Origin: Octopus sinensis
Lineage: Eukaryota
Direction of reading: 5' to 3'
Assembly (NCBI RefSeq): GCF_006345805.1
Contig: NC_043001.1
Location: 29,202,001 to 29,266,000 of the forward strand
DNA: 64,000 nucleotides
Shown here: positions 1 through 11,399 of the stretch, in pieces
Layout of the letters: each line of letters starts with the position of its first letter
How positions within the stretch are numbered: position 1 is the first letter of the stretch
Translations under genes and position numbers: made by a program
The notes under the pieces: model-generated
The model's database searches: none
What the model was told of the DNA's origin: nothing
Seen by the model: only the letters and a program-made list of their open reading frames with translations

Positions 1-237
1 AATAGCAAGTAGATTGCCTCTACTTTGAAACCTTTTCATACCAACACACCTGAGACTCACCTGGTTTCATAGCACAAAAAAAAAATAGCAAGTAGATTGC
101 CACTACTTTGAAACCTTTTCATACCAACACACCTGAGACTCACCTGGTTTCATAGCACAAAAAAAAAATAGCAAGTAGATTGCCTCTACTTTGAAACCTT
201 TTCATACCAACACACCTGAGACTCACCTGGTTTCATG
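1..237. repeat. 83-bp tandem repeat, about 2.9 copies, truncated by the window start
   Basis: The unit aatagcaagtagattgcc...gtttcatagcac(a)n restarts at 1, 84 and 167; the copies are nearly identical. Confidence 0.95.
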
Positions 238-1506
238 AACTGACGTTTTGTTTTAAAATAAATTCTTTACTTGTTTCAGTCTTTTGACTGTGGCCATGCT
301 GGACTCTTTTGGTAGAGTCCCAAGTTATGGTTCATTACAATTCTATATTGTAAATCCATGAAGGGACCCCAGGTAAATTGCTTTTTACAGAGTGATATGT
401 AATAAATAAATTACAGATAATGGTCATTACGTATAATTCCTTTATTAGAGCAAATGTGCCTTACAGCTGTTTCCAATAATCATTTTAGGTACATTACTGA
501 TAGGTTTACTCAACTGGTCTATTTGATCAATTGAGGTAAATTGAATGACCAAAGAAATATATAATGCAACTTTCATCAGAGCCATGTCTGGAAATAACAA
601 GCAGAGCACTTCAGGAATGGTTATTGTGTGGGTTGTTCAAGTAAAATGGAGAACAGGGTAAGACAGGTTACATGGGGGGTAAGAGCAGGTAAGGGAGTGG
701 TGCCTGAGTCACTTAGTAGTAGTAGTAGTAGTAGTAGTAGTAGAAACAGCAATTGGGATGTTGTGTTTCTAAATTTGGAAGCGGGACAGTCACAGACATG
801 GGTCAGCATTCATTACCATACTAGCATTGTATCTAGTTTAAATATTCTCCAGCCATCGTGCTGAAATTTGATATGGGCTTTTCATGGACGTAGGTTAGTC
901 TTAGCCAGTAATTTTCAATCTTTAATCTATTAATCTAGCATAGTGGGGGAATAATGTTAGAGAGTGAAAGGATACAAATTTTTATTCATATCATAGGTGT
1001 CATAAAAGCTCTTATTATCAGGATATAAATACTGATAGATTTAGAGACATTGTTACAAATGGGGTGATGTCAAGTTAATTAAATGTAAATTAGATGTAAC
1101 TTCAAGGTGACCTGATTATTCAGGTTTTTAAATTTAAATTAATAAAAGGGTTAGAGTTAAAATTTAACTAAAGTTGAAGTTTCCAATTGTAGCATTAAGA
1201 TATACGAAGATATAGAGGATTAGAGTAGGCTAGCAGAGTAATGTGTTATACCAAAACAATTATGATTAAGGTGACGGCATCAACATCAATAACATCAATA
1301 TCAATAATATCAATACTAATAATATTGATAAGAAAAATCTTCCAAAATAACAGCAGAAATAACAATACCAATAATCATAGGGTAATAATAAAACAAGAAT
1401 AAGAGGGTAGTGGTCCCAGTACTGGATGAATAAAATAGGATAGAATAACATTTTTTAAAAATTAAAAAGCAAAATTTTAAGTTTTAAAATAATTTAAAAC
1501 CCATAG

Positions 1507-1548
<42 letters not shown>

Positions 1549-1554
1549 TATATA

Positions 1555-1669
1555 TATGGCCATAACATGTTGAAAGCACCAGTTCTCGTCCGATCACCGA
1601 AGTTAAGCAACGTTGAGCCTAGTTAGTACTTAGATGGGTGACCGCTTGGGAAACATAGGTGCTATAAGT
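1555..1669 (+). pseudogene. 5S rRNA-derived sequence (pseudogene or head of a 5S-derived SINE)
   Basis: ggccataacatgttgaaagcaccagttctcgtccgatcaccgaagttaagcaac...gttagtacttagatgggtgaccgcttgggaa...gtgctataag follows the metazoan 5S consensus, including box A, the intermediate element and box C. The first nucleotides are lost into (TA)n, several changes look like CpG decay, and there is no T-run terminator directly after it. Confidence 0.88.
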
Positions 1670-1821
1670 ATCACACATTTAATGGCGGTGCCCCTGCATG
1701 GCCACAGCTCGTGAACTGAAACTAGATAAATTATATATATACCCCGGTCGAACCGTCCAACCCGTGCTAGCACGGAAAACGGACGTTAAACGATGATGAT
1801 GATGATGATGATATATATATA

Positions 1822-2483
1822 TACATAGAAGTAAATATATGGTACAACGAAGTACCGATATTTACTGGAAAATAGCGAACGTAATAAATATGATGCTAAC
1901 GTATAGCTTCACCGCGTATGTACTAGCAAAAATACGTGTGTGTAACAAACTTGAAAAAAATTGTCTTACCTCCAGGGAGAACATCTGAAAGATGAAATAC
2001 CTAGAAAGGGATAATGTGGTACCGGTTTCAGATTTTTCAAGATATGTCTGCACACATATACTTGATTTATCTTCATCAGCCAACATATACCTCGACAACA
2101 TTTCAAATGTTGCCGCATCAATGCCAATACACTCGACTGAAATGCCAAAATGCTGACAGAACGAGAACAGTGAAGAAGTTTCAATAAAAATAGTAATGCA
2201 ATACGAGAGTATTGCTTTCCAGTAAAGAATAGCCCACGAGGGAAAATTATACATAGAAGTAAATATATGGTACAACGAAGTACCGATATTTACTGGAAAA
2301 TAGCGAATGTAATAAATACGACGCTAATGTATAGCTTCACCGCGTATGTACTAGCAAAAATGCGTGTGTGTAACAAACTTGAAAAAAATTGTCTTACCTC
2401 CAGGGAGAACATCTGAAAGATGAAATACCTAGAAAGGGATATTGTGGTACCGGTTTCAGATTTTTCAAGATATGTCTGCACAC

Positions 2484-2484
<1 letters not shown>
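1822..2484 (-). mobile_element. Non-coding tandem element (428-nt unit, about 1.5 copies) with a hammerhead ribozyme; retrozyme or Penelope pLTR-like
   Basis: Direct repeat with period 428 (tacatagaagtaaatatatgg at 1822 and 2250), flanked by (TA)n on both sides. A hammerhead fold lies on the minus strand. Confidence 0.75.
2014..2086 (-). ncRNA. Minimal type I hammerhead ribozyme, canonical core
   Basis: Minus strand reads ATGTTGG CTGATGA AGAT-(extended hairpin TCAAG...CTTGA)-ATCT GAAA CCGG TA CCACAT. The core is intact, helix III is palindromic (ACCGGT), the cleavage triplet is GUA, and helix I pairs. Confidence 0.8.
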
Positions 2485-2514
<30 letters not shown>

Positions 2515-2584
2515 TTCGCCATGATAGATCAACTGGCCACTATACCTTTTTCTATTTTCTCTCCCTGTTTATTTCTGTGTTCCT

Positions 2585-3180
2585 TTCTGCAACTGTCCTA
2601 GTTTTAGGGGTTATCAGCAATGATGGACATGTGATACCTCCTTACTTCTCTCCACAAGGCCTTAGAGTTAACTCTGCTGCCTACACTGAGGTCCTGGAAA
2701 TAATTGTTAAGCCCTGGATAAACACTGTATGCAATGGAAGGCCATATGTGTTTCATTAAGACTCTACACTATCACACATGGCTCTAGTAACACAGGATTG
2801 GATGGCTGAAAATTTTCATGATCACATAACCCCTAACATTAGGCCTCCTAATTCCCCAGATCTCAATCTATTGGACTATTACATTTGGAGTGTTGTTGAG
2901 AGAAAGGTCAATGAACATGCCCATAACATCAAAGATTCTTTGAAAGCTACCATAGTCAGAGTACTGTTCAAAATGAACCAGGACCACTTGATTCGAACAT
3001 GTAGATGATTTAGATTTCATATAGAAGCAGTTGTTGAAGCTGAAGGTAGCTTTATTGAATAACATTATAGAAAAGAAGGTTTATTTTTATTCTTATAGCA
3101 TTTTTTTATAAATAAAGTTATTATCTGTTGTTATATATCTTTTTTTTTAAAAAACAAATCTGTCCTCAAATATCTTACGC
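2585..3180 (+). mobile_element. Tc1/mariner transposase remnant, DD37D (maT)-like
   Basis: Translation VLGVISNDGH...YTEVLE...PYVFH*DS...HMA...PPNSPDLNLLDYYIW has an SPDLNPLDY-type motif and in-frame stops. Confidence 0.8.
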
Positions 3181-3460
3181 ATTTAGAGGAATGACCACCT
3201 AAGTGTGGACACCCAAATGCTAAACATAGACATCAAATCGCCAAAACCACAAAGATTTGACGTCTATGTTTAGCATATAGGGTGTCCACTTTAGTGGTCA
3301 TTCCTCTAAATTTTGTATGTAACACAATTTTTAATCTTCAGAATTTTTAAAATATGCTAAGCCACTGGTTTTAATCGATTAGTATCAATTTCTACCCTTA
3401 TTATTTAATTATATATATATATATATATATTTAATTATATATATATATACATATACATAT

Positions 3461-3542
<82 letters not shown>

Positions 3543-3549
<7 letters not shown>

Positions 3550-3922
3550 GGTTGTTCCATTGATTGGATCAATTGGAACCCTCAATTTCATAACCAATGA
3601 AGTGCCAGTCACTTCATATATATATCATCGTTCGTTTAGCGTCCGTTTTCCATGCTAGCATGGGTTGGACGGTTCTACTGGGGTCTGTGAAGCCAGAAGG
3701 CATCATCAGGCCCAGTCAAATCTGGCCGTAGAAACACTGCCAGATTTGACTGGGCCTGATGAAGCCTTCTGGCTTCACAGACCCCAGTAGAACCGTCCAA
3801 CCCATGCTAGCATGGAAAACGGACGCTAAACGAACGATGATATATATATGAAGTGACTGGCACTTCATTGGTTATGAAATTGAGGGTTCCAATTGATCCA
3901 ATCAATGGAACAACCTACATGT
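3543..3922. repeat. Near-perfect palindrome, 184-bp arms with a 12-nt spacer
   Basis: 3543-3726 is the reverse complement of 3739-3922; I found one mismatch. Confidence 0.93.
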
Positions 3923-3924
3923 GA

Positions 3925-4160
3925 ACTTAACAGGCAAGTGGCTGAGCACTCCACAGATACGTGTACTGTTAACATAGTCCTCAGGGAAATTCAGCATAAC
4001 ACAGAGTGTGATAAGGCTGGTCCTTTGAAATACAGGTACTATTCATTTTTGCCAGCTGAGTGCACTGGAGCAATGTGAAATTAAGTGTCTTGCTCAAGGA
4101 TACAATATATCACCAGGAATTGAACTCACGACTTCACAATCATAAGCTGAATACCCTAAC
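3925..4160 (-). mobile_element. CORE-type tRNA-derived SINE
   Basis: Reverse complement of the family core tcttgagcaagacactt...gctccagt.cactcagctg. Related copies lie at about 12676-13000(+), 24520-24860(-), 25855-26587(-), 30983-31225(+) and 43546-43852(+). Confidence 0.7.
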
Positions 4161-4242
4161 TACATGCTTTGACTTATGAGTGTGTGTGTGTGTGTGTGTG
4201 TGTGTGTTTAAATTCAAGTATATATGTATGTATATCTTTCAG

Positions 4243-4404
4243 GTTGGCTGGAGACCATTTGCAGATGACAGATATTACAGATATTGGTGGGTAGAGTTTA
4301 TCAACCTGGTTTATCCCATATTAGTGCTGCTTTTGCTCCTATTCATCTATGCATGGCAAGTTGGAAACTGCTGGTGGAATTTAAATGCCCGAATTTACAT
4401 AAAG
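4243..4404 (+). CDS. GRL-like 7TM protein, first identified coding exon (TM1)
   Basis: ctttcag|GTT...AAG|gtaagt; VGWRPFADDRYYRYWWVEFINLVYPILVLLLLLFIYAWQVGNCWWNLNARIYIK; 162 nt, phase 0-0. Confidence 0.88.
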
Positions 4405-5359
4405 GTAAGTTCAGCACTGCTACTGCTGCTACTACTGCTGCTACTACTGCTGCTTTCAGGGTTGATAATATAAGTACCACTTGAGCTTTAGGGTCGATGT
4501 AATTGACTTACTCCTTCCCTGGACTTGCTGGCCTTGTGCCAAAATTTGAAACCAATATAATAATTGAAGCCATTTATGTACATACTTAATGTATGAGCAA
4601 TGCCTTGTATTTTCATCAAATCTACCTTTTCCTGAAGAGAATAGACTCATCTGTTTCATTTGTTAGGATCAGGCACCTTTTATTTTTGTTTCCTTTCACT
4701 GATCCCGTATTGATGGATACAAGTACATAGATCCGTATTAAAAAATATGAAGCTTCACAATACAGTCATGTAAGCACAAGTGATAGTCAGTACATTCTGG
4801 GTAGTTGCTGGGTCATTCTTTTGCAGACCAAGCAGAATGTTTGGCTGATAGTTGCCCTGTGTTATCACAGACCAATCAGTGATAAGCATATCATGGTTCA
4901 ACTGAGCATACCATGTTATTCCAGATCAGTGATGAATGAATCAGTGATAAATGAAGCTACATGTAATATATCAATGTCGTCATGCCTCTATTAGATGAGC
5001 AGAATAAGCAATGGAGATGCATGGTTTTAAACTCCTGTTATACAGGAGAATTGCTTTTTAAGCTTCTTTGTGATGCATCATTAAAGATATGCCTGTTAGA
5101 TGCTTCATTAGTCTGAGAGAAGTTTGTCAAGAGTTTGTTAATGTTACAATAACAGAATGTCTGTAAATTATGTTGTCAAATTAAAATTTTGACCTTTTGA
5201 CAATGACTCACACCATTTTCGTATTTTGGTTTAAGTAAATTACCCACAATACTACAATCATGATCCAAACTTTATGCACCTTTGGCCACATACTTCCATG
5301 AGTTCAGAATAAATGACTTACAAAAATCTTCCTCCAAATCCTCTAGAACTATATATATA

Positions 5360-5924
5360 TTGGGTTGTCTGGAAAGTTCGTGCCGATTTTTAAAGGAAAG
5401 AAAAAGGTCAATAAATACTTGCCATTGCATTTTTAATCAACCAAATATGAACCATTTTGTTGCACAATGCGTCTCCATCTTTCCTTTAACTTGAAAATAC
5501 CCTCTTCCCAGAATTGAGGTGGTTTCATGGCAAAGAATTCATCAAGGTATCTTTTTATGTCATCCAAGGAATTGAAATTTTTACCATTAAGACTATTCTG
5601 CAGAGACCTGAATAAGTGGAAATCCAAAGGAGCAATATCTGGTGAATATGGAGAGTGGGGTAACACATCCCAGCTGAGCTGCAGCAATTTTTACCTGTTC
5701 CCAAAGCATCAAGTGCCGAAAATGAACTTTCTTATCTTCCATTTTAAAGGGTTACAGAATTAATACAGGGTATAGGAATATAAATCTTCTTCCACGAAAA
5801 GATAGCTTAAACTGTGCTCTAAATGGAGATGTAGTCAAATCCTATTTTATGGACTCAACCATGTTCTAAAATAAGTTGAAAGGTAAGCTACTATAAATCG
5901 ACACAAAATTTCTGGACAACCCAT
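5360..5924 (-). mobile_element. Internally deleted mariner element
   Basis: TIRs ttgggttgtctggaaagttcgtgccgattt / aaatcgacacaaaatttctggacaacccat with TA flanks. ORF 5433-5687 contains HSPYSPDIAPLDFHLFRSLQN. Confidence 0.92.
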
Positions 5925-6030
5925 TATATCAGAATTCAAAATTTTATTGCATTTGTGTATTTATATTTTCATTATACTTGCTTATCTATCCAACCTGATT
6001 TTTTTTCTCTCTTCTTTTGTATTCCAACAG

Positions 6031-6255
6031 AGCCATGAACACAAACATATGCTTACAATTAGTAGCAATAAATCTGCCTTGAGAATATCTGAAGATACAA
6101 ATTTGACAGCCATCAATAAAAAGGGGAATGTTGAATGCCAGCAGAATATGCCCACTTATTTAATAACAGATATATTGCACTTGATTATGTTCTGTATGGG
6201 AATGGTCTTTTTCCGTTATCATGGTGATGAACAAGTATGTGGTCTCTTAGAGAAG
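6031..6255 (+). CDS. GRL-like 7TM protein exon (long loop and TM2)
   Basis: Polypyrimidine tract, caacag|AGC...AAG|gtatat; SHEHK...VECQQNMPTYLITDILHLIMFCMGMVFFRYHGDEQVCGLLEK; 225 nt, phase 0-0. Confidence 0.9.
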
Positions 6256-6356
6256 GTATATTCTTTGCGTTGTTTTAAAGATATTTATTTCACTTAGCTG
6301 ATGGGTTCATAGAAACCTAATGCAATGATTAATCATATATCCATAAAAGATCTTAA

Positions 6357-6577
6357 CCTTTTTGTTACCAACACGGCTGAAGCTGGCTCTGGCTCTGAGT
6401 ACAGATGTCTTGTTTTCATGAGTTTCGACTTAAAATCTTCCACCAAACCTTGGCCACAATTTATGTTCCTAACACTAACTGAATGGTAACTAAGTTATTT
6501 TACTAAATTTTTTCTTATATTTAAAATTAATTGAAAGAAACACAGAGCATCTCAAAATAAATACAGTAACGAAAGGG
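6357..6577. mobile_element. piggyBac-type MITE
   Basis: TTAA|cctttttgttac ... gtaacgaaaggg|TTAA gives short TIRs with a TTAA target duplication. A similar TTAA MITE lies at about 31352-31843. Confidence 0.8.
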
Positions 6578-6930
6578 TTAAAGACTGAAATCAACATCAA
6601 CATTTGATATTTAGAAAGATGGCAAGCTGGCAGAATCATTACTGCACTGGAAAAAAATACTGAGCAGCATTTTTTTTTACTTTATGTTCTGTGTTCAAAT
6701 GCCACCAAGGTTGACTTTGCTTTTCGTACTTTCAGGGTCGATAAAATAAGTACCAGTTGAACATTGGCATCAATGTGATAAATTTACATCTCTCCAAAAC
6801 TGTTCACCTTGTGCCAAAATTTGCTATCGAGAGTTTTAAAAACCGTGTTTTAAGCATAAAAATTGACTTTCCAACAGATTTTGCTTTTGAATTTGTTTCA
6901 CAAGAATCCAAAACCATGTGTTGAAACTGA

Positions 6931-7205
6931 TATTGTTATATTTTGAAGAGTCAAATTAGAACCTATAAACACACTCACCAGTTATTGTTCACTTTCTTTT
7001 TGTTATATTTTCAGAGAATTTTCACCATACTTTTCTTGTGATTTTGTGGTGATTTTAAATTCGGAGACTTTCTAAATTCAATCCATTGAAGTCATAGGAA
7101 AAGTGTGTCAAAAATTTCTGGGATTATAACAAAAAACCAGATGTGAACCACAGCTGGTTAGTTTGTTTATAGGCTTTAATTTGGTTGTCCCTCAATATAA
7201 CAATA
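6931..7205. repeat. Degenerate inverted repeat (old fold-back or MITE)
   Basis: 6931-7044 (tattgttatatt...cctataaaca...accag...gttcac...tttttgttata) is roughly complementary to 7088-7205. Confidence 0.6.
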
Positions 7206-9174
7206 ATTTCTTTTTAATATAATCCCTAGCAAATATTCAAGGCAGTGAAGCTGAAGAATTGTTAGCATGCCAAGCAAAATACTTAGCGGCATTTTATCCA
7301 TCCATTACATTCTGAGTTCAAATTCCACTGAGGTTGACTTTGCCATTCATCCTTTTGGGATCAATAATATAAATACCAGTTGATCACTGGGGTTGATGTG
7401 ATTGACTTAATCCTTTCCCTGAAATTAGTAACCTTGTGCCAAATTTTGATATCAATATAATTACTATGCTTTTGCATATTTTTAAAAACCATTATAACTA
7501 TTTCAATAATTTAGTTTTAATAGTAGAACTCAGAGTAGCATTAAAATGCATACATTTCCCAAGCCTTGAAATATTTAGATCTAAAAAGCAGTGAATTAGC
7601 AAGTTCTTTTGGGAATTAGACAATATTGTCTAAGAGAATATTTCAGATTTCTCAACCACAGTTTCTTACTTGAATGAAACAGTGAAACACTAACATCACT
7701 CAATTAGTTCAATTCCAGTACTTGACTGGTACTTTATTTTATCAACCCTACTGATTGAAAAGCATAATTGGCTTTGACAGAATTTTATCTCTGAACAAAG
7801 GGGTTGGATATACACACCACAAGAAACCTGAAATTTTCTCTTAGAGTTATTCATATTTTAAGTGCAGATGAGAATGTCAACTTCAAAGACCACAGTTCTT
7901 CTGTGAGGAGCAGCTATTCCAATATTATTAGTCTTAAAAGATGCAGCAACGCACAATGCCACACAAATCCTATAGTTAATGGGAAATGGGTGTAGTTCAG
8001 CCTCATGCAAGTTTTAATGGATTGAAGATTTTCAACCAGTTCATGGCAATAAACAATGAATAAATCTCTTCTGGAAAGGTACCAACCAATCTGAAGAAAT
8101 ATTTTTGCATAACCTGGCACCTATTTCCAAAAGCTAGGTGAATTACAGAGCATATAATTAAATATTTTAAGGCAGCGAGCTGGCAGAAATGTTAGCATGC
8201 CGGGTGAAATGCTTAGTGGTATTTCGTCTGCCGGTACGTTCTGAATTCAAATTCTGCCGAGGTCGACTTTTCCTTTCATCTTTTTGGGGTTGATAAATTA
8301 AGTACCAGTTACGCATTGGGGTCGATGCAATCGACTTAATCCCTTTGACTGTCCTTGTTTGTCCTCTCTATGTTTAGCCCCTTGTGGGCAATAAAGAAAT
8401 AATAATTAAATATTTTGTCTAAATAAAGAACCAAAACACCAGTAAAGTACAGATCTATGGGTGGGTCATTCAATATCACATCTACTTTTACATTTTGATT
8501 CTCAGGCCTTCTTCTATTTTGTCATTGTTTACCAGGCATGGCTGTGTAGTTAAGCAGCTTGCTTTGTGACCATGTGATTTTGGGTTCAGTCCCACTGTAC
8601 AGCACCATGAACTAGTGTCTTCTACTATAAATCTAGGCTGATCAATGCCTTGTGAGTGAATATGATTGACGGAGACTGTGTAGAAGTCCTTCATGTGTGT
8701 GTGTGTGTGCGCGTGTGTCTATGTGTATGTATGTATATATCTATGCACTATGTGTGTGTGTGTGCCTGTGTGCATGCATGGTGTATGTATATATCTATGT
8801 GCTATGTGTGTGTGTCTTTTTGTTTGCTCCTCACCACTGCTTGATAAACAGTGTTGGTTTGTTCATGTCCCTGTTACTTAACTAAATGGCAAAAGAGACT
8901 AAAAGAATAAGTACCAGATTTTAAAAAGAAATAAGTTCTGGGGGCAATTCGTTCAGCAAAAATCTTTAGTGAAGTACTCCCGCATGGCTACAGTTCAAAG
9001 ACTGAAACTTGTAAAAAAACAAGTGATAAAAAATATTACATTATTTTTTTCTTTTGTTCTCTACCTGTTTCTCTTGTCAACACGTTCATCGTTTCTACGT
9101 AACCTATGATGGTGTTGCTGTTTCCAAAGTTTATTTTCGTTTCCCTATTAGTAATTTTACTCGCGTATCTATCT

Positions 9175-9640
9175 TAAAATGAGCTGCTTGCCAGAGGTCT
9201 GTGGAGGATGACATAACAAGCCTTGACTATTGGGATCGACTCAAAAAGCTCAGGCTTTGCTCCCTCCACTGCCGCTGTGAGCTCTATACCATCTGTATGA
9301 TGAGGAAAATATTCCATCAACATTGCCCATCTTTAAAATTCGTCTGAGGCTTGGCCCCCATGCCATCCGTCCACTACAGAAATGTTCGTGTCGTATCACA
9401 ACCCTATGACAGAACTATTTCACCTCAATTGGCCCTGCTCTCTTCAACATCATGCCAGACACATAAAGGAGGAAAGCGACTTCATGGCATTCAAATGATC
9501 CCCAACAAATACAAGATAAACCACTCACACCCAGATATGTCTCTGAAAACAATAACCCTCTGCTTGAATGGGCTACGGTTCCCCAGAGCTGACTGTGTAT
9601 CTCTTTCAGGTCGTGCTATTAAATTAGACATGGCCTGAGT
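9175..9640 (+). mobile_element. CR1/L2-group LINE 3' remnant
   Basis: Decayed frame DYWDRLKKLRLCSL...RCELY...RKI ... NYFTSIGPALFNIMP ... FK ... QDKP, typical of the CR1-group ORF2 C-terminus. Confidence 0.65.
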
Positions 9641-10057
9641 CAACTTCGACCGAAATTTATCTAAGTAATCTAATCTATGCTGTAACCTTTTAATCAAAGC
9701 ATGACAACATGGGTAGAGGCTGATATCTTAACATTTCTGATGGTCTTAAGTATAAAAAAATGATTAAATATTTATGTAGAACTACATTCAGAGTATGTCT
9801 ATAAGCTATTGTGTTTAGACTTGGTTTCTATCTTCAAACTGTTCTGTTTTATAGATGCAATTGGGCGATTTTCAGCATGCATGTATATGGGTGGAAATGA
9901 GCTGCTTGGTGGAGGTCTGTGCTCTCCAAGTGCTTTTCTCCTTACTTCTTTTTTCTCTTTTTTCCTTCCTCACAGTTCATCTTCAGTATTATCTATAGCC
10001 ATATCATAGTGAATGTTATCTGAAATATTCTATCCTTTTCTTTCTCTCATTTACTAG

Positions 10058-10125
10058 GTGTTTCTTGAGATAGAATCTCTACGAAATCGGAATGTTTCAA
10101 ACAATGTCATGGTAAGAAATTTCAG
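10058..10125 (+). CDS. GRL-like 7TM protein exon (loop between TM2 and TM3)
   Basis: ttctctcatttactag|GTG...TTCAG|gtaagt; VFLEIESLRNRNVSNNVMVRNF(R); 68 nt, phase 0-2. Confidence 0.85.
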
Positions 10126-10284
10126 GTAAGTGTTGTATTTTTATCTTTCATGATTCTCTTTCCATGGACCAACTCTCTAATCCACCCAAACCACACTACT
10201 CAGTAGCCAAATTAGTGTGTTGCCATGTGGTTTCTTAAACTACTAGAAATAGTTCACAAATCCCTCTCAAAGCATACTCTACAG

Positions 10285-11034
10285 CAGGAGTTCTCAACTT
10301 GGGTCCATATAGACCCTTGAGGTCCATATGAGATTTTGTGGTGTCCACTGATGTAATATAGTAAATTGGGGGTCCACAGTAATTTTTCATGGGCCATGAA
10401 AAAACTGTATTTTAGACTAGTAAAGTTTATGTGCAATAAATTGGTTATACGTCCAAAATACACAAACTATTTCAACAATTTTTATACAAAAGTGAGTGGC
10501 TGTGTGGTAAGTAGCTTGCTTTCCAACCACTGGTTCCGGGTTCAGTCCCACTGCATGGCACCTTGGGTAAGTGTCTTCTACTATAGCCTCAGGAAACTGA
10601 AAGAAGCTCATCGTATATATGTATATATATATATATATAAAGTTAATCCAAACAAGAAACACACAGAAAAAAACACAGCAACGCGAGGACGTGTGTGTGT
10701 ATGTATTTGTGTGTCTGTGTTTGTCCCACAACATCGCTTGACAACCGATGCTGGTGTGTTTACATCCCTGTAACTTAGTGGTTTGGCAAAAGAGACCGAT
10801 AGAATAAGTACTAGGCTTACAAAGAATAAAGTCCTGAGGTCGATTTGCTCGACTAAATGGTGGTGCTCCAGCATGGCCACAGTCAAATGACTGAAACAAG
10901 TAAAAAGAGTATAAAAAGAGTAAATTATAAAAATACAATAGGAGTTTTTAAACATCGAATGGCTATGGGAGTCCACCCAAGTAAAATAAGAATTAAAGGG
11001 GTCCATAGATAATAAAAATGGTTGAGAACCCCTG
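10285..11034. mobile_element. hAT (Charlie-like) MITE with a nested SINE
   Basis: TIRs caggagttctcaac / gttgagaacccctg with an imperfect 8-bp TSD (ctctacag/atctacaa). A SINE is inserted at about 10492-10930. Confidence 0.75.
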
Positions 11035-11399
11035 ATCTACAAGCTTAAATAAGAAAAACACATATTAGATAATGTAGTAACATTATATCATCACCCATCT
11101 CATCACTCGTAAAATCATGAGAGGGTCATGGGTTAGAATAACTTTGATTATAGGTCAACTCAGTCAGAGTTTATTAGGGATTATATGTCAACAAGAAGAA
11201 GAATATTCATGACTGCATGTTAGCAAGCTTCAGAATTTCCATTTTATATTTTAAAAGAATTGGTTTGTCAGTGTTTGGAAACTGCTGCATAATACCCATC
11301 CCTCTTTGCCATTCTAACTATGGCACTGTTTCCTCATCTGCAATAATTATATAATGATTTTACTGATGTATCCTGATGACATAACACTGCCACTGCTAA

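Noticed and set aside
316-372. 57-nt AG...GT segment as the missing first exon of the receptor (phase 0)
   Set aside because: Weak acceptor, and the peptide SPKLWFITILYCKSMKGPQ shows no family resemblance. The sequence looks like MITE debris.
584-657. ATG-initiated segment ending at a gtaaga donor as the first exon
   Set aside because: It ends in phase 2, incompatible with the phase-0 acceptor at 4243, and has no family motif.
1555-1669. Functional 5S rRNA gene
   Set aside because: The 5' end is eroded, stems carry substitutions, there is no terminator, it is not in a tandem array, and it is fused to a retroposon tail.
1862-2532. ORFs of 137 and 80 aa in the 428-nt repeat
   Set aside because: No recognisable domain. 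They are explained by the duplicated non-coding ribozyme element.
3756-3762. CTGATGA as another hammerhead core
   Set aside because: No GAAA follows the adjacent hairpin. It is a variant of the RTE tail sequence.
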